The notes below the pieces were generated by a model. The model was not told the origin of the DNA, did no database searches, and worked only from the letters and a program-made list of their open reading frames with translations. The translations under genes were made by a program, and so were the position numbers. Shown in pieces: positions 8,930-20,144 of a DNA stretch of 64,000 nucleotides. The DNA comes from an uncultured Thermoanaerobaculia bacterium (lineage in GTDB: Bacteria > Acidobacteriota > Thermoanaerobaculia > Thermoanaerobaculales > Sulfomarinibacteraceae), in the NCBI GenBank assembly GCA_964423595.1, contig CAYRFI010000006.1, positions 8,458-72,457 of the forward strand, in the 5' to 3' direction. Positions within the stretch are counted from its first letter, which is position 1. Every line of letters starts with the position of its first letter.

Positions 8930-8947
8930 TATACGCATATGCGCATA
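8930..8947. promoter_or_regulatory. Candidate ArgR operator (18-bp near-palindrome) at the argR start
   Basis: TATACGCAT|ATGCGCATA has half-sites matching 8/9. It abuts the AGGAGG of argR and lies just upstream of argR-argG-argH. ArgR family repressors bind 18-bp palindromic ARG boxes. Confidence 0.45.
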
Positions 8948-8956
8948 GGAGGACCC

Positions 8957-9427
8957 GTGCCACGCGATCGTTCCACCGTCCGTCGAATCCTGATCCGCCA
9001 ATTGCTGGCGGAGCGTGAGATCTCCAGCCAGAGCGGGCTCGCCAAGCTGTTGGGCGAGGCGGGTCATCCGGTTACCCAATCGACGGTCTCACGGGACCTC
9101 ACCGAGCTCGGCGCCACCAAGGCGGACGAGGGCACCGACCACGAAAGGTACGTTCTCGCCGATCAACAGCTATCGGCCGATGAGAGCTTCGACGAGCTGC
9201 GTCGTGTTCTCGAGGCCTACCTCGAAGGGGCTGTTCCCTCAGGCAACCTGGTGGTTTTGAAGGTCAGGTCGGCGACGGCCGGGACAGTGGCGGCGGCTCT
9301 CGACGCCACCCCGCCAAACGGAGTGGTTGGCACCCTGGCCGGCGATGACACGGTCGTCGTGATTGCCGACGACACCGTGGGTGGAGGACCCGTCGCGAAC
9401 ACGATCATGGGAATTCTGGAGGAATGA
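8957..9427 (+). CDS. argR: Arginine repressor ArgR
   Basis: Winged-HTH [31 protein letters not shown] and C-terminal oligomerisation/arginine-binding [15 protein letters not shown] 8957 follows AGGAGG (8947-8952). An in-frame ATG 8939 is an alternative start. Lies upstream of argG-argH. Confidence 0.85.
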   Translation: MPRDRSTVRRILIRQLLAEREISSQSGLAKLLGEAGHPVTQSTVSRDLTELGATKADEGTDHERYVLADQQLSADESFDELRRVLEAYLEGAVPSGNLVVLKVRSATAGTVAAALDATPPNGVVGTLAGDDTVVVIADDTVGGGPVANTIMGILEE

Positions 9428-9428
9428 A

Positions 9429-10630
<1,202 letters not shown>

Positions 10631-10634
<4 letters not shown>

Positions 10635-12025
10635 GCCTCCTGCGCGGGCTCTTCGACGGCGACGAGGACGACCTCTTCCGAGCCTTCGCGTCTTCGCTGG
10701 AGATGGACTCATGGATCGCTGAAGAGGACATCGAGGGATCGATCGCCCATGTGACGATGCTGGGTGAGGTCGGAATACTCTCTTCAGATGAGACCGCGAC
10801 GTTGGTCGACGCTCTCTCGCAAATCCTGGAGGAGCTCCGGGGCGGCACCTGGACCCCCGACCCGTCTCAGGAGGACATCCATATGGCGGTCGAGGCCCGC
10901 CTCACCGAGGTCGCCGGTGAGGTCGGCGGCAAGCTCCACACCGCCCGCTCGCGCAACGACCAGGTCGCAACTGATGTCCGTCTGTGGTTGAAGCGCCGGC
11001 TTGACGCCCTCGCGGCGGCCGTCGGCGATCTCATTACCGCCCTGCTCGACCGGATTGAAACCGATGGGCAGGTTGTGCTGCCGGGCTATACCCATCTCCA
11101 GCGCGGTCAACCCATCCTGCTCGGCCACCACCTCCTCGCCCACGCCTGGGCACTCAGTCGAGACCTCCAACGGATTCACGAGGTGACTGCACGGGTGAAT
11201 CGGAGTCCATTGGGAGCTTGCGCCCTCGCCGGCACTCCCCACCCCATCAACCGTCAGCAGACAGCGGAGCTCCTCGGTTTCTCCGGACCGATCGAGAACG
11301 CGATGGATGCAGTTGGGTCGAAAGATCATCTTCAGGAGACAGTCTCGACCTGCGCTATTTGCATGTCGACGCTGTCGCGGATGGCCGAGGAGCTCGTCCT
11401 GTGGTCATCGGCAGAGTTCGCATTTATCCAACTTGATGAGCGGCACACCACGAGCTCGAGCATCATGCCCCAAAAACGCAACCCGGACGGCGCCGAGCTG
11501 ATCAGAGGCGAAGCCGGCGTGGTCTTTGGCAATCTGCAGGCGCTTCTGACACTTACCAAGGCCATGCCACTCGCCTATAACCGTGATCTGCAAACGGAGC
11601 GGAAACCCCTCATCGAATCGGTGCTGCGTACGACGGCTTCGGTCCAACTCCTGGCTGCGATGTGGGCTGAGCTCGAGGTACGGAAGGCGCGGTTCGAAAG
11701 CGAACTGTTCGGCGATCTCAGCTTGGCTACGGAGCTCGCCGATCTCCTGGTCGAGCGCGGCGTGCCGTTCAGGGAGGCACACCGGATCGTGGCCCAGGCG
11801 GTCAGGTGGTGTGAGGAGCAAGGGGGCAATCTCAGCCTCCTCGATGGCGGCACCGCACAACAGTTCCACCCCGGTTTCCCGTCGGATCTGGGACCCTGGT
11901 TGGATCCGCGAGCGGCCGTCGAGCGGCGGACTTCATACGGGGGAACTGCCTCATCGGAGGTCGACCGTCAGGTCTCCCTGCTACGCGATCTGGTTTCCGT
12001 CACAGCCACCGATCACGACCGCTGA
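10631..12025 (+). CDS. argH: Argininosuccinate lyase
   Basis: 464 aa with the fumarate-lyase signature [18 protein letters not shown], and [16 protein letters not shown] overlaps the argG stop (ATGA). Confidence 0.95.
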
Positions 12026-12109
12026 ATGCCGACACCAACCCGGCTTCCAAGAACGCGAGAGAAACCGAGAAGAACGAAACCACAAAAGGTTATTTCTCGT
12101 ACACCCCGC

Positions 12110-14344
12110 ATGAATCGTCTCTTCCGGATTGCCTCAGTTCTGTCCACGGCCCTCCCGATCATCGCCACCGCCCAGGCGCCCGACATCGATCAGGAACCTC
12201 CGGACGCACCCCACCAGATCCCTCGCGTCGAATCGCGGATCGAAGTCGACGGGGTCCTCGATGAGCCGGTCTGGAAGAGCGCCTGGACCATGACCCTCGA
12301 CTACGAGATCCGGCCGGGGGAGAATACCCCAGCGCCTATCCGCACCGACGTCTTCGTCATGTACGACGCGAGCCGCCTTTACGTGGGGTTTCTGGCGCAC
12401 GACCCGGACCCTCGTGAGATTCGCGCCCACCTTTCCGATCGTGATCAAGCCGGGAACGACGACTGGGTCGGCGTGGTCCTCGATACCTTCAACGACGAGC
12501 GGCGAGACTACGTCTTCCTGGTCAACCCCCTCGGCGTGCAGATAGACGAAATCGAGGTCCAATCGAGTGGCGAAACACCGTGGGACGGCATCTGGCGGTC
12601 GGCGGCCACGATCACTGACTGGGGGTGGTCGGCCGAGCTCGAGATCCCTTTCTCCACCCTTCGTTTCCAGAGGAGCGCCGGGCCGCAGATCTGGCGTTTT
12701 GACGCCCTACGCAGCTATCCCAGAAACGTCGATCATCGGATAGGCGCCTTCCCCCGCGACCGTAGCAACAATTGCTACCTCTGCCAGGCGCTCAAGATCG
12801 AGGGCTTCGCCGGTGTCTCGCCCGGACGCAACATCGAGATCGTCCCGACCCTGACAGCGACACGTACCGACGAACGGGAAGATCTTCCAAACGGAGAGAT
12901 GGTCAACGGCGACCCCAATTTCGAGCTAGGTCTCACCGCGCGCTGGGGGATCACCCCGAATCTCACGCTCAGTGGAACCATCAACCCCGACTTCTCGCAG
13001 GTCGAGGCCGACGCACTCCAGCTCACCGTCAACCGTCCCTTTGCGATCCTTTTCCCCGAGCTGCGCCCCTTCTTCATGGAGGGCGCCGACTTCTTCGAGA
13101 CGCTGATGGACGTCGTCTACACCCGCGTGATGCGTGAACCCGAGTGGGGCCTCAAGCTCACCGGCAAGGAGGGCGCTCACACGATCGGCGCCTACGTCGT
13201 GGACGACCAGATCACCAACCTCGTCATCCCCGGCAGCGAGAGCTCGGATTTCACGGTCCTCGAGCAGCCGAACACGGCGACCGTGCTGCGTTACAAGTAC
13301 GACGTCGGCAACCGCTTCACCCTCGGCGCCATCTTCACCAACCGCGGCGGCCGCGACTACCTGAATCGGGTGGCCGGGATCGACGGTGACCTTCGCCTGT
13401 CGGCCAAGGACTTCGTCTTCGTCCAGGTTCTGAGATCGAAGACCAGTTATCCGGAGGAGGTCGCCGAGGACTACGACCAACCCGAGGGCAAATTCGACGA
13501 TTGGGCCGCAGAGATCTACTACAGCCACAGCACCCGCACCTGGATGTGGTGGGCAGATCTTTCAGATATCGGCACCGACTTCCGTGCCGATCTCGGTTTC
13601 ATGCCCCAGGTGAACTTCCAACACCGGGAAGCCGGAATCGGCTACCAGTGGAACGCGACCGAAACGAGCTGGTACTCGCGGATGGACATCAAGGCCAAGG
13701 TGGCCGACACCGTTGACCAGACGGGCTTCCTCCTGTTCCATGAAGACGTCGTGCAGTTCACGATCGAAGGACCCCTTCAGTCACACTCGGTCGTGCGCCC
13801 GAGTCAGGTGCGCGAGGGCTATAACGGCGAGGAGTTCGACTTCAACCGCCTCAAGCTCCACTTCTGCGCCAAACCGGACCGGCACAGCTACGTCTGGCTC
13901 AACCTCCACCTCGGCGGCCAGATCGACTATGACAACACCCGGCCGGGCGACTTCGTCAATTTCGATGGGGGATTCTGGTATCGCTTCGGCAGGCACCTCT
14001 ACCTCGAGCCCACCTACACCCGGGAACGCATGGAGGTCGCCGACGGCTGGCTCTACACCTCGACCATCGGCCAGCTCTCGGCCTCGTGGCAGTTCAACCC
14101 CCGCTGCTTCGTGCGCGCGATCCTCCAGCACGTGGACGACCAGTTCAACACCGCGCTCTACACTGACGGCCGCGACCCCGAGGAGCAGAGCCTTTTCACC
14201 CAGCTCCTGTTTTCCTACAAGCTCAACCCGCGCACGGTCTTCTTCCTCGGATACTCGGACAACTCGTTCGCCAACCAGGATTACGGCCTCACCCTCGGCG
14301 ACCGCACCATCTTTGCCAAGATCGGCTACGCCTGGGTTTTCTGA
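12110..14344 (+). CDS. Secreted outer-membrane beta-barrel-like protein (DUF5916 / CBM9-like N-terminal domain type)
   Basis: Start MNRLFRIASVLSTALPIIATAQA is a signal peptide. The beta-rich sequence has alternating aromatic patterns and ends ...AKIGYAWVF, a terminal Phe typical of OM barrels. The N-terminal region resembles carbohydrate-binding family-9-like domains (from memory). Confidence 0.7.
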   Translation: MNRLFRIASVLSTALPIIATAQAPDIDQEPPDAPHQIPRVESRIEVDGVLDEPVWKSAWTMTLDYEIRPGENTPAPIRTDVFVMYDASRLYVGFLAHDPDPREIRAHLSDRDQAGNDDWVGVVLDTFNDERRDYVFLVNPLGVQIDEIEVQSSGETPWDGIWRSAATITDWGWSAELEIPFSTLRFQRSAGPQIWRFDALRSYPRNVDHRIGAFPRDRSNNCYLCQALKIEGFAGVSPGRNIEIVPTLTATRTDEREDLPNGEMVNGDPNFELGLTARWGITPNLTLSGTINPDFSQVEADALQLTVNRPFAILFPELRPFFMEGADFFETLMDVVYTRVMREPEWGLKLTGKEGAHTIGAYVVDDQITNLVIPGSESSDFTVLEQPNTATVLRYKYDVGNRFTLGAIFTNRGGRDYLNRVAGIDGDLRLSAKDFVFVQVLRSKTSYPEEVAEDYDQPEGKFDDWAAEIYYSHSTRTWMWWADLSDIGTDFRADLGFMPQVNFQHREAGIGYQWNATETSWYSRMDIKAKVADTVDQTGFLLFHEDVVQFTIEGPLQSHSVVRPSQVREGYNGEEFDFNRLKLHFCAKPDRHSYVWLNLHLGGQIDYDNTRPGDFVNFDGGFWYRFGRHLYLEPTYTRERMEVADGWLYTSTIGQLSASWQFNPRCFVRAILQHVDDQFNTALYTDGRDPEEQSLFTQLLFSYKLNPRTVFFLGYSDNSFANQDYGLTLGDRTIFAKIGYAWVF

Positions 14345-14347
14345 GTT

Positions 14348-14818
14348 CTATTTTTTCACTTCGAGCCGAGTCCAGCGAACATCTGCACTGTCGGTGAACC
14401 GCAGTACCTCACCAGGTTCGTCGAGGATGACATCGACGAAGAGCTTGGTGCCCGCCAGATTGCGGTAATAAACCGTGTAGTGGTCCATATCGCCGATTTT
14501 TTCGGCATCCATGCCTGAAACCTTGAATTTGACCACACCGGTACCGCCGGTACCGAAAATGATCCTGTTCTGTTCAAACTCCACATATTGGTCGTTGAAC
14601 ACCGGGTGCGTTGTTGTCCAGAGGCCCAGCAGGCGCGGCGTCAGCTCCGCGAACTCCGGTTTCTCGAAGAGAACCAGCCGCGCCGTCACGACCGCCACAA
14701 CAACCACGACCAGGAGCCCTACCAGAATTCTGGTGGTTGTCAGTATGCCGGGTTTTTTCTCTTCCTCGAGCTCCTCAAATTCGTCCCAGTCGTCATCGTC
14801 GTATGCGCTCCGGGCCAT
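14348..14818 (-). CDS. Small single-pass membrane protein, paralog B (unknown function)
   Basis: Acidic N-tail, a TM helix (ILVGLLVVVVVAVVTARLVLF), then LLGLWTTTHPVFNDQYVEFEQNRIIFGTGGTGVVKFKV. This aligns with the neighbour at 14902-15357. Confidence 0.6.
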   Translation of the reverse strand: MARSAYDDDDWDEFEELEEEKKPGILTTTRILVGLLVVVVVAVVTARLVLFEKPEFAELTPRLLGLWTTTHPVFNDQYVEFEQNRIIFGTGGTGVVKFKVSGMDAEKIGDMDHYTVYYRNLAGTKLFVDVILDEPGEVLRFTDSADVRWTRLEVKK

Positions 14819-14901
14819 AGAATGCCTCCGACCAGAATTACTCTACGCTCCGGACGGGGAAAAAACCACCTCGGGCTGGCCCAAGGGGAGATAACGCCAG
14901 G

Positions 14902-15357
14902 TCAACCGCGTCGTTGCCAGATGACCGCGGGTTGACTCTTGAAGTACATCCGAGCGCCGGAAGATTCGACAACGATGGTTCGCTTGAACTTCGTGCCCGC
15001 CACGTCGCGAAAGTGGAGAATGATCATGTCGACGCCTTCAACCTGCTCTTCTTCGACTCCAACAACGGTGTACTTGACAAACGAGGTGCCACCTATTCCA
15101 AAGGTGATGCTTTTGGTTGTTATCTTCAGGTAGCGATCGGAGTACTCAGGGTGGTCACTGGTCCACTCGCCAACAAGAGACTCAGGCACGGTTTTCGAAT
15201 CGAAGTGTGGACGGTCGAGCAGTCCGTTAGCGAGAATCGCGAAGACGGAAATCACAGCTACCCAGATCAAGGCACGGCGTAATGTCATCGCACGCTTCGG
15301 TTCGGGCTCGTGTGCCGGAACCTCGACAATCACATTGTTCTCTCCATCGGTGCTCAT
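14902..15357 (-). CDS. Small single-pass membrane protein, paralog A (unknown function)
   Basis: TM helix ALIWVAVISVFAILANGLL, then LVGEWTSDHPEYSDRYLKITTKSITFGIGGTSFVKYTV. The start overlaps the stop of the HD-GYP gene by 4 nt. Confidence 0.6.
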   Translation of the reverse strand: MSTDGENNVIVEVPAHEPEPKRAMTLRRALIWVAVISVFAILANGLLDRPHFDSKTVPESLVGEWTSDHPEYSDRYLKITTKSITFGIGGTSFVKYTVVGVEEEQVEGVDMIILHFRDVAGTKFKRTIVVESSGARMYFKSQPAVIWQRRG

Positions 15358-17516
15358 GCGTGCCCCCCAGCGACGTCTGGTAATTCGTCCTCACCGGTCC
15401 ACTTCGGAACCCGCTCCGGATCCTCGCCGATCGCCAGCATGAACGCCTTCAGCACCCTTGGATCGAACTGCGTTCCGGTCTCCTCGAGGATCAGTCGAAC
15501 CGCCTTTTCGTGATCGAAACCCTTACGGTACGGCCGGTCCGAGGTCATGGCGTCATAGGTGTCGGCGACTGCGAGGATCCGCGCGTTGATATCGATTTCA
15601 TCACCCGCGAGCTTTTCCGGGTAACCGGTTCCGTCGAACTTCTCGTGGTGTTGCTCGACGATCGGCAGAATGTCGGCGAAGGCGGTGATCGGCTGGAGGA
15701 TTCGCCCACCAATCGACGGGTGGTTCATCACCTGTTCCATCTCGTCGTCGTCGAGCCGCCCGGGTTTATCGAGGAGCTTGACCGAGATACCCAGCTTGCC
15801 GATGTCGTGCAACAGGGCGCCTCGATGGAGCACCTCGAGCTCGCTGTCGCTGTGACCCAGTTGTCTGGCGATCCGCATCGACATTGCCGTGACCCTCTCC
15901 GAGTGGCCGGCCGTCCACGGAGATTTGGCGTCGATCGCACGCGCAAAAGCCTCGAGCGTTCCCCAGGTCAGGGCCTTCAGCTCGTCGATCAACCTCGAGT
16001 TGGAGAGGGCGACAGCCACCTGGTCAGCGAGTTGGCGCGCGTGCGATCGTTCGTCTTCCGTGAACTCCCGGCCATCGGCGCGGCCCACGCACAGGATCGC
16101 CTCCATTCTCTTCTCCAACAACACTGGCAGAGCCGTCACGACGAGGCCCTCGGCGGCCGGCAGGGCGGCCAGCAGGCCAGAGGCGCCATCCTCGGCGCCG
16201 AGGTTCACCGATTCCGGATTTCCAGCGAGCGTGTCGAGGTCCCACGCCGACAATTCAACATTCGCCGTATGAACCTCGTCAGGAGATCCGCTGGCCGCAA
16301 AAAACACCATCATTTCATCCGCACTCTCGCCGGTGCGCAGCGCGATGCCGACCAAATCGGCGTCCACCGCTTCGAGGCCGCCGACCACTGCGGTTTCGAC
16401 GATCGTCGAGGTGTCGAGAGACGACAAGACCGCGCGGTGGATCCCGGCGTTGGTCGCAAGGGCCCTGAACTGCCGTCGCAGGCGGTCGGACATGCTGTTG
16501 AAGGCATCGGCGAGGTCTTCGAACTCGTCGCCGCTGTCCACCTCCACCCTGCTCGAGAAGTCCTTCTTCGCGATCCGTCGGGTCCCTTCGGTCAGTCGGT
16601 CCAACGGAACGAGGCTGCGGCGAATCGAATAAATACTGGCCAGCAGCACAATCCACAGCGAGGTCAGAACCACGGGCGGAAACACGTTTCGGAACTCGTG
16701 CATCGGCTGGAGAATCCGATCTTCGGACTCGACCAGCACAAACGCCCAATCCTTGACCGCGAAGATGGGAAGCAGAAAGAGATTCCGATAGCTCGCACGG
16801 TAGTCTTCCCCATCCGAGACGAAGCGAAATTCGCCCCGCACGCCCGAGCTCACCAGAGACGTCACATCGGACTCGAGGCCGGCGCAGCCGGCAAACGTGC
16901 CATAGAGGAGCCGTCGGGCATCGTCATAAACACAGATTTCGGTATCGGCCGGTATCAAGTTGCCCGATTCGAGACCCCAGAGGTAGTCCTCGGAGATCGT
17001 TCCCACGACGATTCCCGCACTCGGATTCTCGGGCTCCATCAACCGCCACATTCTTAGGCCAGCCACTTCGGAGCCGTCTCCTGCACCGGTCACGAGCACG
17101 GTCTTTCCTTGCTCGAGATGTGTGAGCAGGTCCGCGCTCGGCTTCGGGTTCGGAGGCGGATCGCCGTAGATCACATCGAGCGATCCATCAGCTGCGGCCA
17201 CGGTCATTCCTTCAAACATGGTGCTCATCCGAGCGGAGGCAGATCCCTCCATCCACCGCTCGCGCTCGGCGTCGGCCAATACCGATACCACCGAACCCAG
17301 TTGCGACTCGAGAAAGAGCAGCCTCTCGTGGACCGACAGGCTCTCCGACTTTGCCGTCCGCCACAGCCGCTCGGAGCTCTGCGCGAAGAGCTGGTCGCTG
17401 ACGTACGGGTACGCGACGACCGCGAGAATGGTGGTCGGGACCAACGCGCTGAGCACGAAAAGGACAAAGAACCGCCGCGCCAGGATGCTGCGGAAGAGAC
17501 GGGTGTCGATTTTCAC
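15354..17516 (-). CDS. Membrane sensor with HAMP, GAF-like and HD-GYP domains (c-di-GMP phosphodiesterase type)
   Basis: Two TM segments bracket a periplasmic region. HAMP is LVPLDRLTEGTRRIAKKDFSSRVEV...FNSMSDRL. HD-GYP motifs are GALLHDIGKLGI and EQHHEKFDGTGYPEKLAG. Confidence 0.9.
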   Translation of the reverse strand: MKIDTRLFRSILARRFFVLFVLSALVPTTILAVVAYPYVSDQLFAQSSERLWRTAKSESLSVHERLLFLESQLGSVVSVLADAERERWMEGSASARMSTMFEGMTVAAADGSLDVIYGDPPPNPKPSADLLTHLEQGKTVLVTGAGDGSEVAGLRMWRLMEPENPSAGIVVGTISEDYLWGLESGNLIPADTEICVYDDARRLLYGTFAGCAGLESDVTSLVSSGVRGEFRFVSDGEDYRASYRNLFLLPIFAVKDWAFVLVESEDRILQPMHEFRNVFPPVVLTSLWIVLLASIYSIRRSLVPLDRLTEGTRRIAKKDFSSRVEVDSGDEFEDLADAFNSMSDRLRRQFRALATNAGIHRAVLSSLDTSTIVETAVVGGLEAVDADLVGIALRTGESADEMMVFFAASGSPDEVHTANVELSAWDLDTLAGNPESVNLGAEDGASGLLAALPAAEGLVVTALPVLLEKRMEAILCVGRADGREFTEDERSHARQLADQVAVALSNSRLIDELKALTWGTLEAFARAIDAKSPWTAGHSERVTAMSMRIARQLGHSDSELEVLHRGALLHDIGKLGISVKLLDKPGRLDDDEMEQVMNHPSIGGRILQPITAFADILPIVEQHHEKFDGTGYPEKLAGDEIDINARILAVADTYDAMTSDRPYRKGFDHEKAVRLILEETGTQFDPRVLKAFMLAIGEDPERVPKWTGEDELPDVAGGHA

Positions 17517-17530
17517 CGTCAGACTCCGCG

Positions 17531-18073
17531 TCAGAACTCGGACACCGGGCCGACGAAGGCCCCGTTGCTCGCCCGCACGATATCGTCGCGGCTCGCGTGG
17601 GCTGTGAACGGCGCCTTGCTATCGCCGTCGGGGCCCATGCTATAGAGGTCATAGTCCGAGTTGACCGGGACCAGGGAGTGGTCTTTGCGACGTTTGCCAT
17701 TGACCCCGGGATCTGCGTTGTCGATGATCTTGAGGTATTGGTAAGGGTTTCCCCAGGGGTCACGCAGATTGTCGTATCCGACATCGGCCAGGCTGTCCGG
17801 CGGAACGGTGTAATCCATGATGTACTGGGCGATATCGGCGTCCATTTTGCTGATATCCGCGATCGCCTGCAGGTCCCGGTTGCGTTGGGTGTAGCCGAGG
17901 AGACGTGGAACGATGATCATGGAAAGGGTCGCTATCAGACCGGCGACGATCACAATCTCGATCAGGGTGAACCCGGAGACTGCGTCCGTTTTGTGCACAC
18001 GGCGCCCCGCCAAACCGGGCGCATACGCCTGTCCGGCTCTCCGCCCAAAGAGATGATTTCTTCCATATACCAT
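17531..18073 (-). CDS. gspG: Type II secretion major pseudopilin (GspG-like)
   Basis: Prepilin motif SG/FTLIEIVIVAGLIATLSMI and GspG-like body LRDPWGNPYQY...DLYSMGPDG. The leader is long if the start is 18073; in-frame GTG 17998 (VHKTDAVSG/F) would give a typical short leader. Confidence 0.85.
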   Translation of the reverse strand: MVYGRNHLFGRRAGQAYAPGLAGRRVHKTDAVSGFTLIEIVIVAGLIATLSMIIVPRLLGYTQRNRDLQAIADISKMDADIAQYIMDYTVPPDSLADVGYDNLRDPWGNPYQYLKIIDNADPGVNGKRRKDHSLVPVNSDYDLYSMGPDGDSKAPFTAHASRDDIVRASNGAFVGPVSEF

Positions 18074-18214
18074 GGCAGGTCAAAGACTTCGGCCCTATTT
18101 TCAATGTTATCACAGGGCACTCGTGAACCCGGATCTCACGATCCAGCTGACCGTAGATGGCGCCCAGATGGAGGCTTGTCGATATCGGGAGACACCGAGA
18201 CGTTGCGAGATCGG

Positions 18215-19138
18215 TTACTTGATGCGGTACCTCGCCACGTCGGGGTTGACACCTGCGGCCTTGTATTTCTCCCAGTTGTAGAAGCCTGAGCCGGTCTTGG
18301 CGCCGAGCTGCCCCGACTCGACCAGCCGCTTGAGGAGGGGACTCGGCTTGTAAAAGCTCCCGAACTCTTCCTCGATGACCTCGCAGATGAAGAGCATGGT
18401 GTCGAGACCCACGTAGTCAGCGGTCATCAGCGGTCCCATCTTGTGACCGAGACAATAGGTGCACTTGTCGACGTCGTCAACCGCGGCGATTCCTTCCTCG
18501 ACGACCCGAATGGCCTCGTTGACGAAGGGGACGAACATGCGGTTGATGGCGAAGCCGGCCTTGTCCTCGGCCGGGATCTCGATCTTGCCCATGTCGTGGC
18601 AGAGGGCCACCACGGTTTCGTAGGTCGCGTCCGACGTCGCCAGCCCGCGGATGATTTCAACCCCCTGCTGCATCGGCACCGGATTCATGAAGTGCATACC
18701 CATGAACAGATCCGGCCTGCCGTAGGCGGCCCCGAGGCGCGTGATGCTGATGCCGGAGGTGTTGGAAACAAGGATCTTGTCATAACCCTTGTCAGCCAGC
18801 TCGCGGTTGATCTTTTCCTTGAGCTCGGGCCGCTCCGGGACGGCCTCGATGATGAGATCGCAGTCCAGCAGATCGTCCACCGAGGAGGTCGTCTTCAGGC
18901 GCCCCAGGGCCTCGTCCCTGGCCTCAACGGTGATCCCTTTCTCGCCGTCCGACTTCTCGAACGCCTTCACGAGCCGGTCGAGGCTGCGCGAGATCGCATC
19001 CAAACCACGCTCGAGGACGCTCGCGTCAACGTCCATGACGACAGTATCGAAGCCGCTCTGCGCGGCTACCTGCGAGATGCCGTTTCCCATCGTGCCGATC
19101 CCGATGACGCCTATCTTCTTCAGTCCGCTTTCGCTCAT
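18215..19138 (-). CDS. hbd: 3-hydroxyacyl/3-hydroxybutyryl-CoA dehydrogenase
   Basis: Rossmann start KKIGVIGIGTMGNGISQVAA, SNTSGISIT, and C-terminal GAKTGSGFY, typical of the Hbd/FadB C-domain family. Confidence 0.9.
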   Translation of the reverse strand: MSESGLKKIGVIGIGTMGNGISQVAAQSGFDTVVMDVDASVLERGLDAISRSLDRLVKAFEKSDGEKGITVEARDEALGRLKTTSSVDDLLDCDLIIEAVPERPELKEKINRELADKGYDKILVSNTSGISITRLGAAYGRPDLFMGMHFMNPVPMQQGVEIIRGLATSDATYETVVALCHDMGKIEIPAEDKAGFAINRMFVPFVNEAIRVVEEGIAAVDDVDKCTYCLGHKMGPLMTADYVGLDTMLFICEVIEEEFGSFYKPSPLLKRLVESGQLGAKTGSGFYNWEKYKAAGVNPDVARYRIK

Positions 19139-19229
19139 CGAATCCTCCTCCAGTCGGTCCCTGGCATTCTACGCCTTCCGAAAAAGACATGCGGGCCAAG
19201 CGACGAGTCACGGTCGTCGATGCGATATT

Positions 19230-19320
19230 CCAGATACCGGATACCAGATCTACCCCGCCTCCCACTGGGACCTCATCCGCTCTCCGCATCCGGTATCTGA
19301 CATCCGGCAGCCGGTATCCC
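19230..19320. repeat. H7 element (heptad-word arms + G/C-run core), CCGGATA word type
   Basis: Arm CCAGATA-CCGGATA-CCAGATC, core CCCCGCCTCCCACTGGG, and opposite arm CATCCGG-TATCTGA-CATCCGG-CAGCCGG-TATCC. Lies in the divergent hbd/tsaC intergenic region. Confidence 0.65.
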
Positions 19321-19377
19321 TGCGAGAGCGGCTGGTTGACTGAACGGCGTGCCAACGGTATACACGTTGGGCTCGAG

Positions 19378-19995
19378 ATGATTTTGGAAATCGATCCCGT
19401 CGAGCCGCAACCGTGGCTGTTGGCGCGCGCCGCGCAGATGCTACGCGGTGGCGGCGTCGTGGTCATGCCCACCGATACGGTTTACGGAATGACCTGCGGT
19501 ATCACTCACCACGAAGCGATCCGCCGGATTTACAAGCTCAAGGACATGGACCCCAAGAAGCCGTTGTCGATTCTAGTCGGCGACATGTCGATGGTCGGTC
19601 ACTATGCCCGCGGAGTCTCGACACCGGCCTTCAGGCTCCTCAAGCGGGTCCTCCCGGGACCCTACACCTTCATTTTCGAGGCCAGCCCCGAGGTGCCGAA
19701 GATCATGCTCCGCAAGCGCCGTACCGTCGGCATTCGCATGCCCGACAACCCGATCGCCCTCGCGCTGCTGGCGGAGATGGGCGAGCCCCTCCTCAGCTCC
19801 TCGATTCGCGGCCCCGAGCAGGATTTCGTCAACGACCCCGAGGAACTTGACGCCTCCCTCGGCGACGATGTCGACATGGTGATCGACGGCGGCATACTGC
19901 TGCCGGTGCCTTCGACCGTGGTCGATCTCTCAGGCTCTGAGCCAGTGCTGCTCCGCGAGGGCAAGGGCGACGTCGGAATCCTCGAGCTCTTCTAG
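19378..19995 (+). CDS. tsaC: L-threonylcarbamoyladenylate synthase (TsaC/YrdC family)
   Basis: LRGGGVVVMPTDTVYGMTCG, KPLSILV, LPGPYTFIF, VGIRMPDNPIALALL and SSS motifs. The upstream part of the tracked ORF (19189-19377) covers a repeat element and is rejected. Confidence 0.9.
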   Translation: MILEIDPVEPQPWLLARAAQMLRGGGVVVMPTDTVYGMTCGITHHEAIRRIYKLKDMDPKKPLSILVGDMSMVGHYARGVSTPAFRLLKRVLPGPYTFIFEASPEVPKIMLRKRRTVGIRMPDNPIALALLAEMGEPLLSSSIRGPEQDFVNDPEELDASLGDDVDMVIDGGILLPVPSTVVDLSGSEPVLLREGKGDVGILELF

Positions 19996-20125
19996 GCGCT
20001 TCCCGATTCGGCGTGCAAGGTGCCACCCCTCACATTGTCTGATGAACCACACCTCTCATCAGAAACGCCTCCCAGTCAGACAATGTGAGGGGTGGCACCT
20101 GTGTCGTCGAAGCCCCAAAGCGCAC
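19996..20125. repeat. P element, single complete unit (type example)
   Basis: Perfect 24-bp stem GGTGCCACCCCTCACATTGTCTGA (20019-20042) / TCAGACAATGTGAGGGGTGGCACC (20076-20099), flank GGCGCTTCCCGATTCGGCGTGCAA, and tail TGTGTCGTCGAAGCCCCAAAGCGC. Lies between the convergent tsaC and degT-like genes. Confidence 0.85.
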
Positions 20126-20144
20126 TCCCGCGCCCAGACCCGTC

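Noticed and set aside
15510-17057. Very long ORFs antisense to, or out of frame with, homology-supported genes. Examples: 15510-17057(+) 515 aa, 20085-21101(+) 338 aa, 9591-10712(-) 373 aa, 26466-27401(+), 28080-29135(+), 36382-37482(-), 1402-2097(+), 2431-3432(+).
   Set aside because: They are typical high-GC shadow ORFs. Their translations are Arg/Pro/Gly/His-rich low complexity with no recognisable motifs. Each overlaps a gene with clear family signatures on the other strand or frame.
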